Shown here: positions 40,166-48,937 of the stretch, piece after piece
Position numbering within the stretch: the stretch's first letter is position 1
Layout: each line of letters starts with the position of its first letter
Origin: an uncultured delta proteobacterium
GTDB taxonomy: Bacteria; Myxococcota_A; Polyangia; Polyangiales; JAFGIB01
Reading direction: 5' to 3'
Assembly: GCA_963778655.1 (NCBI GenBank)
Contig: CAVZVA010000010.1
Location: 832,001-896,000, forward strand
DNA: 64,000 nucleotides
Translations under genes and position numbers: made by a program
The notes under the pieces: generated by a model
Database searches by the model: none
What the model saw: the letters and a program-made list of their open reading frames with translations, nothing else
What the model was told of the DNA's origin: nothing

Positions 40166-43100
40166 GTGGACTTCCATCCGGCGGTGCGAGCCTGGTTCGA
40201 GCGGCGCTTCCCGCACGGGCCGACCGAAGCGCAGCGCGCCGGGTGGCGTGCGATCGCGGCCGGTCAGAGCACGCTGATCGCGGCGCCCACCGGCTCCGGC
40301 AAGACGCTGGCCGCATTCCTGCTGTGCATCGATCGGCTGTACCGCGCGGCCGAGGCCGGCGCGCTCGGCGACCCCGCGATCCAGGTGGTGTACGTCTCGC
40401 CGCTCAAGGCGCTGGCTGCGGACATCGAGAAGAACCTGCAGACCCCGCTTTGCGAGATCGCCGCGGTCGCGGCCGAGCTCGGCCTGTGCGCGCCCGAGAT
40501 CGGCGTCGCGGTGCGCTCGGGCGATACCACGCCCGCGGCGCGCGCGGCCATGTTGAGGCGCCCGCCGCACATCGTGATCACCACGCCGGAATCGCTGTAC
40601 CTGCTGCTCACCGCGGAGCGCAGCCGCCAGCTGCTGCGCGGCACGCGCACCGTGATCGTCGACGAGATCCACGCGCTCGCGCGCGACAAGCGCGGCGCGC
40701 ACCTCGCGCTCAGCCTGGAGCGACTGCAGCACGTGTGCGCGGCGCCGCCGTTGCGGATCGGGCTGTCGGCCACGCAGCGTCCGATCGAGCGCATCGCGCG
40801 CCTGCTGGTCGGCGAGCCGGGGCGGGAGCCGGGCGAGCCGGGCGAGCACGCCGCGCGCGCCTGCACCGTGGTCGACACCGGGCACCAGCGCGCGCTCGAC
40901 CTGGCGCTCGAGCTGCCCGGCAGCGAGCTGCAGGCGGTGGCCTCGACCGAGCAGATGGGCGAGGTGCTGGACAAGATCGCGGCGCACGTGGCGCAGCGGC
41001 GCACCACGCTGGTGTTCGTCAACACGCGCAGGCTGTCCGAGCGTCTCGCGCACCAGCTGTCCGAGCGTCTGGGCGAGCACCAGGTGGCCGCACACCACGG
41101 CAGCCTGTCCAAGCAGCGCAGGCTCGAGGTCGAGGCGCGGCTGCGCGCGGGCGAGCTGCGCGCAGTGGTGGCCACGGCCTCGCTCGAGCTCGGCATCGAC
41201 GTGGGGCCGGTCGAGCTGGTGTGCCAGATCGGCTCGCCACGCAGCATCGCCACGCTGCTGCAGCGCGTGGGGCGCTCCGGCCACAGCCGTTTCGGCCTGC
41301 CCACTGGCCGGCTGTATCCGCTCACGCGCGACGAGCTGGTGGAGTGCGCGGCCTTGCTGCGCGCGGTGCGCGCCGGCCGGCTCGACGCGATCGCCCTGCC
41401 GCGCGCGCCGCTCGACGTGCTGGCACAGCAGCTGGTGGCCGAGTGCGCGGCCGAGCCCTGGCAGCCGGACGCGCTGCTTGACTGCGTGCGGCGCGCGGCG
41501 CCGTATGCCGAGCTGCAGCGCGAGGACTTCGAGCGCGTGCTCGAGCTGGTCTGCGAGGGCGTGATGACCGGGCGCGGTCGCCGCGGCGCGTACCTGCAGC
41601 ACGACCGCGTGCTGGGGCAGCTGCGCGGCCGGCGCGGAGCCCGGCTCGCGGCGCTGACCTCGGGCGGCGCGATCCCCGAGAGCGCGGACTACCGCGTGGT
41701 GGCCGAGCCCGACGAGATGCCGGTCGGCACCATCAACGAGGACTTCGCGCTCGAGAGCATGGTGGGCGACGTGTTCCTGCTCGGCAGCACCTCGTGGCGC
41801 ATCCGCCGCGTCTCGAGCGGCACCGTGCGCGTGGTCGACGCCAAGGGCGCCACGCCGACCGTGCCGTTCTGGCTGGGCGAGGCACCGGGCCGTACGGCCG
41901 AGCTTTCGGCCGAAGTCTCGGCGCTGCGCGAGGGCGTCGGCCAGCAGCTGGAGCGCGGCGGGCTCGCCGCAGCGGAGGCGTGCCTGCGCGAGCAGACCGG
42001 CATCGAGCAGACCGCCGCCGCCGAGATCGCGGCCTATCTCGCGGCCGGGCGCGCCGCGCTCGGGCTGCTGCCCACGCAGCGCGAGCTGGTGTTCGAGCGC
42101 TTCTTCGACGACAGCGGCGGCATGCAGCTGGTCGCGCATGCGCCCTTCGGCGCGCGCATCAACCGCGCGCTCGGGCTGCTGCTGCGCAAGCGCTTCTGCA
42201 CCTCGTTCGACTTCGAGCTGCAGGCGGCGGCCAGCGACGATGCGATCGTGCTCTCGCTCGGGCCGCAGCACAGCTTTCCGCTGGAGCAGGTACCTCTGTT
42301 CCTGGCGCCGGCCGGTGTGCGCGAGGCGCTCGCGCGTGCGGTGATCGTCACCCCGATGTTCGCGGTGCGCTGGCGCTGGAACCTCAATCGCGCGCTCTTG
42401 GTGCTGCGCGTCAAGGGCGGCAAGAAGAACCCGCCGCCGCTGCAGCGCATGGAATCGGACGACCTGATGGTCGCGCTGTTTCCCGCGCTGGCCGCGTGCC
42501 AGGACAACGCCACCGGCCCGCGAGAGATCCCCGACCACGTGATCGTGCGCCAGACGCTCGACGACTGCCTGCACGACGCGATGGACGTCGAGGGACTGCA
42601 GGCGCTGCTCTCGGCGCTGCAGCGCGGCGAGCTGCGCGTGAGCTTTCGCGACACCACCGAGCCGTCTCCGCTCTGTCACGAGATCCTGAACAGCCGGCCC
42701 TACACCTTCCTCGACGACGCGCCGCTCGAAGAGCGCCGCACGCGCGCGGTGCAGCTGCGGCGCGGACTGCCGCTGCAGGCGCGCGCGCTCAGCGCGCTCG
42801 ACCCCAAGGCGATCGCGCGCGTGCGCGCCGAGGCCGAGCCCGCGCCGCGTGACGAGCACGAGCTGCTCGATCAACTGACGTGGCTGGGCGTGTGCAGGCC
42901 GCGCCCGCAATGGCAGGCCTGGTTTGCGCGCCTGCAGGCCGACGGTCGCGCGCTGCGGTTGCAGCGCGGCGACGATCTGCTGTGGTGTGCGTCGCAGAAG
43001 CGTGCCGCGCTGCAGGCGCTGTTTGCCGGCGCGCGTTTCGAGCCGGCACCCGCGGCTGCGGCTGCGGCTGCGAGCGCGCCGCCCGACGCCGCGGTCGACG

Positions 43101-44440
43101 TCGAGGTGGCGGCCCGCGAGCTGGTGCGCGGCCATCTCGACGTGCTCGGCCCGGTGCTGCTGCCGCAGCTCTGCGCCGCCACCGCGCTCGAGCCGAGCCA
43201 GGTGCAGGTCGCGCTGGACACGCTGCAGCGCGAAGGCTTCGTGCTGCAAGGACACTTCGAGCCGGGCGTGGAGCAGCCGCAGTACTGCGCGCGGCGCCTG
43301 CTCGGGCGCATCCACGCGTATACGCAAGATCGCCTGCGCGCCGAGATCGAGCCGGTCACGGCCCAGGACTTCGTGCGCTTTCTGCTGCGCTGGCAGCACG
43401 TCGCGCCATCGAGCCGGCTCAGCGGCACGCGCGGTGTGCTGGCGCTGGTCGAGCAGTTGCAGGGCTTCGAGCTGGCGGCCGCGGCCTGGGAGGCCCAGGT
43501 GCTGCCGGCGCGGCTCGAGCGCTATCAGCGCGAATGGCTCGACGCGCTGTGCCTCTCGGGCCAGCTGGCCTGGGGCCGGGCGGGGCTGCGCGCCGAGCGC
43601 GGGGAGCCGGAGCGCGCGGCGCTGCTGTCGCGCGTCACCCCAATCACGCTCGGCTGCCGCGCCGACTGGCCGTGGCTGCTGCGCGCCGCGCGCGGCGACG
43701 CGCGCGCCGCCGAGCCGACCTGCGGTCAGAGCGCTCGCGTGCTCTTGCGGCTGCGTGAGGGCGGCGCGCAGTTCCTGCTCGAGCTCGCGGCGCGCAGCGG
43801 CCTGTCCGAGGCGCAGGTGCGCGATGCGCTGTGGGACTGCGTGGCGCGCGGGCTGGTCACCGCGGACGGATTCTCCGCCTTGCGCGCGTTGATGCTGCCG
43901 GCGCCGGGCTTCATGCGCGCGGCGCGCCCCGGCAGGGGCCTGCGGCGCGGCGCGGGGGTGGCGGCCAGCGAAGGGCGCTGGGCCGAGCTGCCCGCACCCG
44001 CGCCCGGCGGCGATCCCGATGCGCTGGCCGAGGCTGCGGCCGAGCAGCTGCTCGCGCGCTGGGGCGTGGTGTTCTACGACCTGCTCGCGCGCGAGACGCT
44101 GGCGCTCGGCTGGCGTGAGCTCTCGTGGGCGCTGCGCCGGCTGGAGGCGCGCGGCACGGTGCGCGGCGGCCGCTTCGTGCGCGGCTTCGCCGGCGAGCAA
44201 TACGCGTTGCCCGAGGCGGTCGAGCTGCTGCGCGACACGCGCCGCCGCCCGCGCGACGGCGCGCTGGTCCGGCTCTCGGCCTGCGACCCGCTCAATCTCG
44301 CCGGAATCATCCTGCCCGGACCGCGCGTGCCCGCACTGCGCACGCGCTTCGTCAGCTATCGCGACGGTGCGCTGGTCGAGCAAGACGACGGCGACGAGAT
44401 CCAGACGCTCGGCGCGCGTGCCCTGCCGTCCGGAGCTTGA
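40166..44440 (+). CDS. lhr: Lhr family DEAD/DEAH-box helicase with long C-terminal domain
   Basis: APTGSGKTLAAF, YVSPLKAL, TTPESL, VDEIH, GLSAT, HHGSLS, SLELGID and QRVGRSGH motifs; C-terminal RGGRFV.GF.GEQYA. Confidence 0.95.
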   Translation: MDFHPAVRAWFERRFPHGPTEAQRAGWRAIAAGQSTLIAAPTGSGKTLAAFLLCIDRLYRAAEAGALGDPAIQVVYVSPLKALAADIEKNLQTPLCEIAAVAAELGLCAPEIGVAVRSGDTTPAARAAMLRRPPHIVITTPESLYLLLTAERSRQLLRGTRTVIVDEIHALARDKRGAHLALSLERLQHVCAAPPLRIGLSATQRPIERIARLLVGEPGREPGEPGEHAARACTVVDTGHQRALDLALELPGSELQAVASTEQMGEVLDKIAAHVAQRRTTLVFVNTRRLSERLAHQLSERLGEHQVAAHHGSLSKQRRLEVEARLRAGELRAVVATASLELGIDVGPVELVCQIGSPRSIATLLQRVGRSGHSRFGLPTGRLYPLTRDELVECAALLRAVRAGRLDAIALPRAPLDVLAQQLVAECAAEPWQPDALLDCVRRAAPYAELQREDFERVLELVCEGVMTGRGRRGAYLQHDRVLGQLRGRRGARLAALTSGGAIPESADYRVVAEPDEMPVGTINEDFALESMVGDVFLLGSTSWRIRRVSSGTVRVVDAKGATPTVPFWLGEAPGRTAELSAEVSALREGVGQQLERGGLAAAEACLREQTGIEQTAAAEIAAYLAAGRAALGLLPTQRELVFERFFDDSGGMQLVAHAPFGARINRALGLLLRKRFCTSFDFELQAAASDDAIVLSLGPQHSFPLEQVPLFLAPAGVREALARAVIVTPMFAVRWRWNLNRALLVLRVKGGKKNPPPLQRMESDDLMVALFPALAACQDNATGPREIPDHVIVRQTLDDCLHDAMDVEGLQALLSALQRGELRVSFRDTTEPSPLCHEILNSRPYTFLDDAPLEERRTRAVQLRRGLPLQARALSALDPKAIARVRAEAEPAPRDEHELLDQLTWLGVCRPRPQWQAWFARLQADGRALRLQRGDDLLWCASQKRAALQALFAGARFEPAPAAAAAAASAPPDAAVDVEVAARELVRGHLDVLGPVLLPQLCAATALEPSQVQVALDTLQREGFVLQGHFEPGVEQPQYCARRLLGRIHAYTQDRLRAEIEPVTAQDFVRFLLRWQHVAPSSRLSGTRGVLALVEQLQGFELAAAAWEAQVLPARLERYQREWLDALCLSGQLAWGRAGLRAERGEPERAALLSRVTPITLGCRADWPWLLRAARGDARAAEPTCGQSARVLLRLREGGAQFLLELAARSGLSEAQVRDALWDCVARGLVTADGFSALRALMLPAPGFMRAARPGRGLRRGAGVAASEGRWAELPAPAPGGDPDALAEAAAEQLLARWGVVFYDLLARETLALGWRELSWALRRLEARGTVRGGRFVRGFAGEQYALPEAVELLRDTRRRPRDGALVRLSACDPLNLAGIILPGPRVPALRTRFVSYRDGALVEQDDGDEIQTLGARALPSGA

Positions 44441-44499
44441 GCCGGTCGCGCCGCTTGCCGTGGACGGCAGCCGGGCCGCATTTGGGTTACGCTCCGCCC

Positions 44500-45213
44500 G
44501 TGACCAAGTCCTATGCCAGCTGGACGGTGCTGCCCTACGAGCCGATCGAGCGCCTGGCCGAGAACCTGTGGCGCGTGGAGGGCACGCTGTCGAACATGCC
44601 CCTGCGGCGGGTGATGACGCTCGCGCGCATGAACGACGGACGGCTCGTGATTCACAACGCGATCGCGTTGCACGACGCCCAGATGCGCGAGATCGAGGCC
44701 TGGGGCACGCCAGCGTTTCTGGTCGTGCCGAACGGCTACCATCGTCTGGACGCGCCCGCCTTCAAGCAGCGCTATCCGGCGCTGCGCGTGGTGTGTCCGC
44801 GCGGCGCGCGCAAGCGCGTGCAGCAGGTCGTCGCCGTCGATTTCGACTACGACGACTTCCCGGGCGACGACACGGTGCGGCTCGAGCACCTGCGGGGCCT
44901 GCGCGAGAGCGAAGGCGTGATGCACGTGCGCTCGCAGGATGGCGTGACCCTGGTCTTCAACGACGCGCTGTTCAACATGCCGCACCTGCCGGGGCTGCAG
45001 GGCGCGATCTTGCGCTACCTGACGCAGTCCTCGGGCGGCCCGCGGGTCTCGCGCATCGGACGGATGCTGCTGATCGCCGACCGCAAGGCGTTCGCCGCGG
45101 ACTTGCTGCGGCTATCGCGCACGCCCGACCTGGTACGCGTGATCGTGGGCCATCACCAGACCATCGCGACAGAGCCCGCGGCGGCGCTGGCCCGCGTGGC
45201 TGCCACCTTGTGA
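44500..45213 (+). CDS. DUF4336-like / metallo-beta-lactamase-fold protein
   Basis: RVMTLARM.DGRLVIHNAI, LVVPNGYHRLD, FNDALFN and VIVGH motifs. Confidence 0.7.
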   Translation: MTKSYASWTVLPYEPIERLAENLWRVEGTLSNMPLRRVMTLARMNDGRLVIHNAIALHDAQMREIEAWGTPAFLVVPNGYHRLDAPAFKQRYPALRVVCPRGARKRVQQVVAVDFDYDDFPGDDTVRLEHLRGLRESEGVMHVRSQDGVTLVFNDALFNMPHLPGLQGAILRYLTQSSGGPRVSRIGRMLLIADRKAFAADLLRLSRTPDLVRVIVGHHQTIATEPAAALARVAATL

Positions 45214-45276
45214 GGCGCACGGCCGATCGAGCTTAGAAGGTCGGCTGCGTCAGCCCACGCCCGCGCGGGACGGCGC

Positions 45277-45570
45277 TCAGTTGTTCTGCGCGCCGGCGCA
45301 GATCCACGCGCCGATGGTGTCGATCTGCGCCTTGGGCAAGCCCTGGCCGGACTTCGGCATCTGGGAGCCCGAGCACAGGTTGGTACCGAGCAGCTTGTCC
45401 ATCAAATAGCTCGCCGACGGGTCGCCGGGCTGCACGCGCTTGCGCGACGCGCCGCACTCGGAGGAGGCCACGCCGACCAGCGAGCCGTAGGCCATGCCCG
45501 AGACGAGTGTGAGCCCCTGCTTGGGCGCTGCCCCCGAGTGGCAGCCCATCACGGCGCAGCTCGCAGCGCA
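45277..45570 (-). pseudogene. Orphan C-terminal cytochrome-c-like domain (CxxxxCH) lacking its 5' end
   Basis: SCAVMGCHSG...RVQPGDPSASYLMDKL...QMP...I.AWI.AGA.NN*; no plausible start or signal peptide upstream in frame. Confidence 0.6.
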
Positions 45571-45590
45571 GCCTCGCGCATCGGCTCGAA

Positions 45591-46322
45591 TCAGCCTGCA
45601 GCCGATCGGCTCTCGCCGGCGCCGTCGGACGGCGCGCCCGCGTGCAGCACCACCGGCGGGCCGTCGGCCGGAGTGACACCGGTCAGCTGATCGGCGATGG
45701 GGAGGTCGCAGGCCTTGCGCGGCCCGAGCAGCACCCAGGCGATCGAGCGCAGCGGCCACAGCGGCAACGCGGTCACGAATGCGTGCGTGCGTACGAGCTC
45801 GTCGATGATCGCGCGATCCACCCGAATCTGGAAGGGCGAGAGCTTCACGTAGCCGTGCTGGATCAGGAAGTCGTGCGCGGCCGCGTGCCGCCGGAACAGC
45901 TCGGTCAGTGAGGCGTTGGGGAAACGCTGTATGAACATGTTGGGCGGTGTGGGAGGCACGACGGCGTTCAGGCTGGTGGTCGACAGCGTCTGATCGCGGT
46001 TGAAGGCGCTGATCAGCTCGTAGTGCGTGGCGCCTTTTATTTGCTGCACCAGCAGAAACACCGGTTGCTCGGCGTGACGCCAGGCCGCGATGAAACGCCG
46101 ATCCAGGCCGCGGAACTGGTATCCTCCGATCCATTCGAAGCGGAAGTGCGTGGCCCAGGGCTGGTGGGCCTCCGCGAGCAGATAGGGACCGGGATGCGTT
46201 TCCTTGGAAGCGGGTTGCAGTAACCTTGCCTGTCCAGACTGCTTGATACTGACGTAGACGAAGGGGATGATCGCAAGCAGCACCAAGATCAGCAGGGCGG
46301 ACAGAGCCAGCGCGAATTCCAC
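45591..46322 (-). CDS. Hypothetical membrane-anchored protein, visibly lower GC than the flanks
   Basis: GTG start, N-terminal TM (EFALALSALLILVLLAIIPFVYV), protein-like composition. Confidence 0.6.
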   Translation of the reverse strand: MEFALALSALLILVLLAIIPFVYVSIKQSGQARLLQPASKETHPGPYLLAEAHQPWATHFRFEWIGGYQFRGLDRRFIAAWRHAEQPVFLLVQQIKGATHYELISAFNRDQTLSTTSLNAVVPPTPPNMFIQRFPNASLTELFRRHAAAHDFLIQHGYVKLSPFQIRVDRAIIDELVRTHAFVTALPLWPLRSIAWVLLGPRKACDLPIADQLTGVTPADGPPVVLHAGAPSDGAGESRSAAG

Positions 46323-46380
46323 GGAAGGAAACCTCGAGTGTGTTTTATGATGATAGACCGCGGCGGCCCGTAGGTCAGCA

Positions 46381-47595
46381 TTGGTTGAGCCCGTGAACAG
46401 CGACGTTTGGTTGTGTCGTCTGGAAGGCGACGACAAGAACCGCCTGCTCGCCATCAGTCGCATGTTTCGCGTGGATGTGCGCGGCGCACACCACATCCTC
46501 GAGCACCTGCCACGGCTCGTGGCTCGTGATTTGCCCGAGATCGAGGCTCGCAAGCTCGCGCACCGCCTGCGCGAAACCGGCGGCGTGGTGCACGTGTGCG
46601 GTACCGGAGAGACGCCCGACTTCGGGGCGACCCTGGCCGCGCCCGTGCGCAAGGCCGCCAGACAGGCACCCGCGCGCCGGCGTCCGCGCGCCGGCGACGA
46701 CGCGTCCGCGCTGGCGCGCGCGACGCAGGACGCTGCCATGGCGCGCTGGCCCAAGGAGACCGAGCCGTGCGCATGGGAGACCGAAGGTGCCAGCAGGCCG
46801 CCGCCGGTACCGGCCGCGGTGCGGCACTCGGCCGCGCGCGTGGCCTTCACGCTGTTCGGGGCGCTGTCGCTGATCGGCGGCGGCGGCGGGGCCTACTGGG
46901 CGCGCTACGGCAAGGAGATCCTGGCGGTGTCGGTCGCGCAGGTGCCCGAGCCCAGGGCTGCCGCCAGCCAGCGCGCCGACCGCGGGCGCGATGCGGGAGT
47001 CGCGCGCGAAACCTCCGGCGACCCGCAGCGGGCCGAGCTCGCCCGGCGTCTTGCCGAGACCGCCGCGCAGGCCGCGTTCCAGGCTGCCGCGGGCGAGACC
47101 GCGAAGGCGCTCGCCCAGCCGGGTGAGCCGCTGCAGATCGAGCAGCAGAGCGTGGGCTTGAGCTTCGAGCTGCCGCAAGCCGAGGTGGAGGCGCGGCTGC
47201 AAGCGCTCGAGCCCACCGCGGCGGCGCACGAGGCCCTGCTGCTGCGCAACGTGAAACAGAGCCGGCCGGGCTTCGACCGCGTCGTGTTGCTGCCCACGCC
47301 CGATCCGCTGCAGGCGGTCCAGCTGATCGGCACCGCCGGTGAGGGTATCAGCAACGCGGAGATCGTGAGCTGGCTGCGCGCCCTGCACGATGAGCGGCCG
47401 TTCCGCTTGCTGGGCGTGGGCGCGAGCTTCGTGGAGGGCCGGTTCGAGACGCAGAAGCACGACGAGGGCAGGCTCGACCAAGCCGCGTTCTCATGCCCGG
47501 GCCGTGCCAGCGCGCGCGGGGGGGTCGAAGCCGACGGGATCCGCACGCTGGAGCGCCTTCATCACAGCAGCCGCTTCGCCTGCACCTGGCCTTAA
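46381..47595 (+). CDS. Hypothetical protein with central TM and DUF4253-like C-terminal domain
   Basis: PDPLQAVQLIGTAG..ISNAEIVSWLRAL...PFRLLGVGASFVE resembles DUF4253. Start uncertain. Confidence 0.55.
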   Translation: MVEPVNSDVWLCRLEGDDKNRLLAISRMFRVDVRGAHHILEHLPRLVARDLPEIEARKLAHRLRETGGVVHVCGTGETPDFGATLAAPVRKAARQAPARRRPRAGDDASALARATQDAAMARWPKETEPCAWETEGASRPPPVPAAVRHSAARVAFTLFGALSLIGGGGGAYWARYGKEILAVSVAQVPEPRAAASQRADRGRDAGVARETSGDPQRAELARRLAETAAQAAFQAAAGETAKALAQPGEPLQIEQQSVGLSFELPQAEVEARLQALEPTAAAHEALLLRNVKQSRPGFDRVVLLPTPDPLQAVQLIGTAGEGISNAEIVSWLRALHDERPFRLLGVGASFVEGRFETQKHDEGRLDQAAFSCPGRASARGGVEADGIRTLERLHHSSRFACTWP

Positions 47596-47774
47596 TCTCG
47601 GTCTAAGCAGCACGCCGAGCCGCGGTGCGAAGGTCCGCAGTCGAAGAGCGCGGCGACCGCCTTTGCCGCCACCGCGGATTTTGCCCGGACCTCAGGGGCG
47701 TTCCGGCGGGTTCGGCTCGGCTGCAGCCCCACGCGTCGTTCAATCCGCGCGCTGCCTGTGTTAGAGCGCGGCGC

Positions 47775-48815
47775 ATGGATACGAGATCGTGCAACGCGGC
47801 GCGCGGGCATGGCGGCAGAGGCCGGCGGGTCCTCGCAGGCATGGCGGTGCTTGGGGTTGCGCTTTCGGTCGTGGCGGCGTGGCAAGGCTCGGCCGCGGCC
47901 GAGGGCGCGCAGGCGGATTCAGCCGAATACCGCAAGCTGATCGAGGACGGGCTTCAAGAATTCGATCGCAGAAACTGGGAAGAGGCCACCGCGCTCTTCA
48001 AGCAAGCGCACGCGCTCAATCCCAATGCCCGGACCCTGCGAGCGCTCGGCCTCTGTGCATTCGAGGCGCGGCACTACGCCGAGGCGCTCCGGTACTTGAA
48101 GGCTGCGCTGCAGGACACGCGCCGCCCGCTGACCGCGAAACAGCGCGCCGGGGTCGAGCGCTCGATCGAGCGCGCGGAGCATTATGTTGGCGGGCTCACG
48201 CTGCTGCTCGATCCCCCGGACGCCAGCGTTCGCATCGACGGCCAAGAGGTCACGGTGGATCCCCACAGCGAGCTCGTCGTCGACGCGGGTGAGCTCGAGG
48301 TCGAGGTCTCAGCGCCCAACTACCTGACCGAGCTCAGGCGGGTGCGGGTGGCCTCTGAGGGGCACGAGGAAATCTCGGTCAGGCTCGAGCCCGGCGACGC
48401 CACCGCCGAAGCGACTGCCCGCGCGACGCCCGCGGTGGCCGGCTCCGCGGCCCACAGCCCTCCGAGCGACCGAGGAGACCACGGCGGCGCGCTCGGAACC
48501 TGGAAATGGGTCGCGAGCGCCGCCGCGCTGGCGGGTTTGGCGGTCGGGGTGACCGCGCTCGTGCTCGGCAACTCGGACGCCAATCGATGGAACGCGTGCC
48601 GCGACGCGTCCCAGCCCAGCTGCCTCGGAAGCCACGACCGCTCCCAGACCGAGAAGACGATCTCCACGGTCGGGTTCGCGACCGGCGCCGGCCTGGGGGT
48701 GCTGGGCGTCGTGCTCTTCGTGCTCGACGCCAAGCAGACCTCCTCCGTGCGCTCGGCCCTGAGGTGCGGTCCAGGCCGCCCCGATCTCGGCGTCGCGTGC
48801 CGCCTCGCCTTCTAG
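47775..48815 (+). CDS. TPR plus PEGA domain protein (myxobacterial type)
   Basis: Signal-like N-terminus, EEATALFKQAHALNPNARTLRALG (TPR), PPDASVRIDG (PEGA), C-terminal hydrophobic helices. Confidence 0.85.
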   Translation: MDTRSCNAARGHGGRGRRVLAGMAVLGVALSVVAAWQGSAAAEGAQADSAEYRKLIEDGLQEFDRRNWEEATALFKQAHALNPNARTLRALGLCAFEARHYAEALRYLKAALQDTRRPLTAKQRAGVERSIERAEHYVGGLTLLLDPPDASVRIDGQEVTVDPHSELVVDAGELEVEVSAPNYLTELRRVRVASEGHEEISVRLEPGDATAEATARATPAVAGSAAHSPPSDRGDHGGALGTWKWVASAAALAGLAVGVTALVLGNSDANRWNACRDASQPSCLGSHDRSQTEKTISTVGFATGAGLGVLGVVLFVLDAKQTSSVRSALRCGPGRPDLGVACRLAF

Positions 48816-48829
48816 CTTGGTTCTCGTCC

Positions 48830-48900
48830 ACAGGAAGGCGGGAAGACTGGAAGTCCCGAGCGGTTTGTTCCGCTCGCCTTCCCGTCTTCCTGTTGAATCC
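48830..48900. repeat. Periodic inverted-repeat family, copy D, between convergent genes
   Basis: ACAGGAAGGCGGGAAGACTGGAAG ... inner hairpin CGAGCGG/CCGCTCG ... CTTCCCGTCTTCCTGTTGAATCC. Confidence 0.85.
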
Positions 48901-48937
48901 GCCAACGCGCCATTTCTGGACGGACGGCGCCGGAACC

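Noticed and set aside
40100..44383. Very long antisense or alternate-frame ORFs (e.g. 40100-44383 minus, 49904-52822 plus, 34023-36152 plus)
   Set aside because: These are shadow ORFs expected from high GC3 codon bias opposite clearly recognisable genes; they are Arg/Ala-rich with no motifs.
47601..47766. attC-like site (GTCTAAG ... GTTAGAG with some end pairing)
   Set aside because: The left core is AAG rather than AAC, the right core ends in G, it is a single instance, and TGTGTTAGAG may simply be promoter sequence for the next gene.
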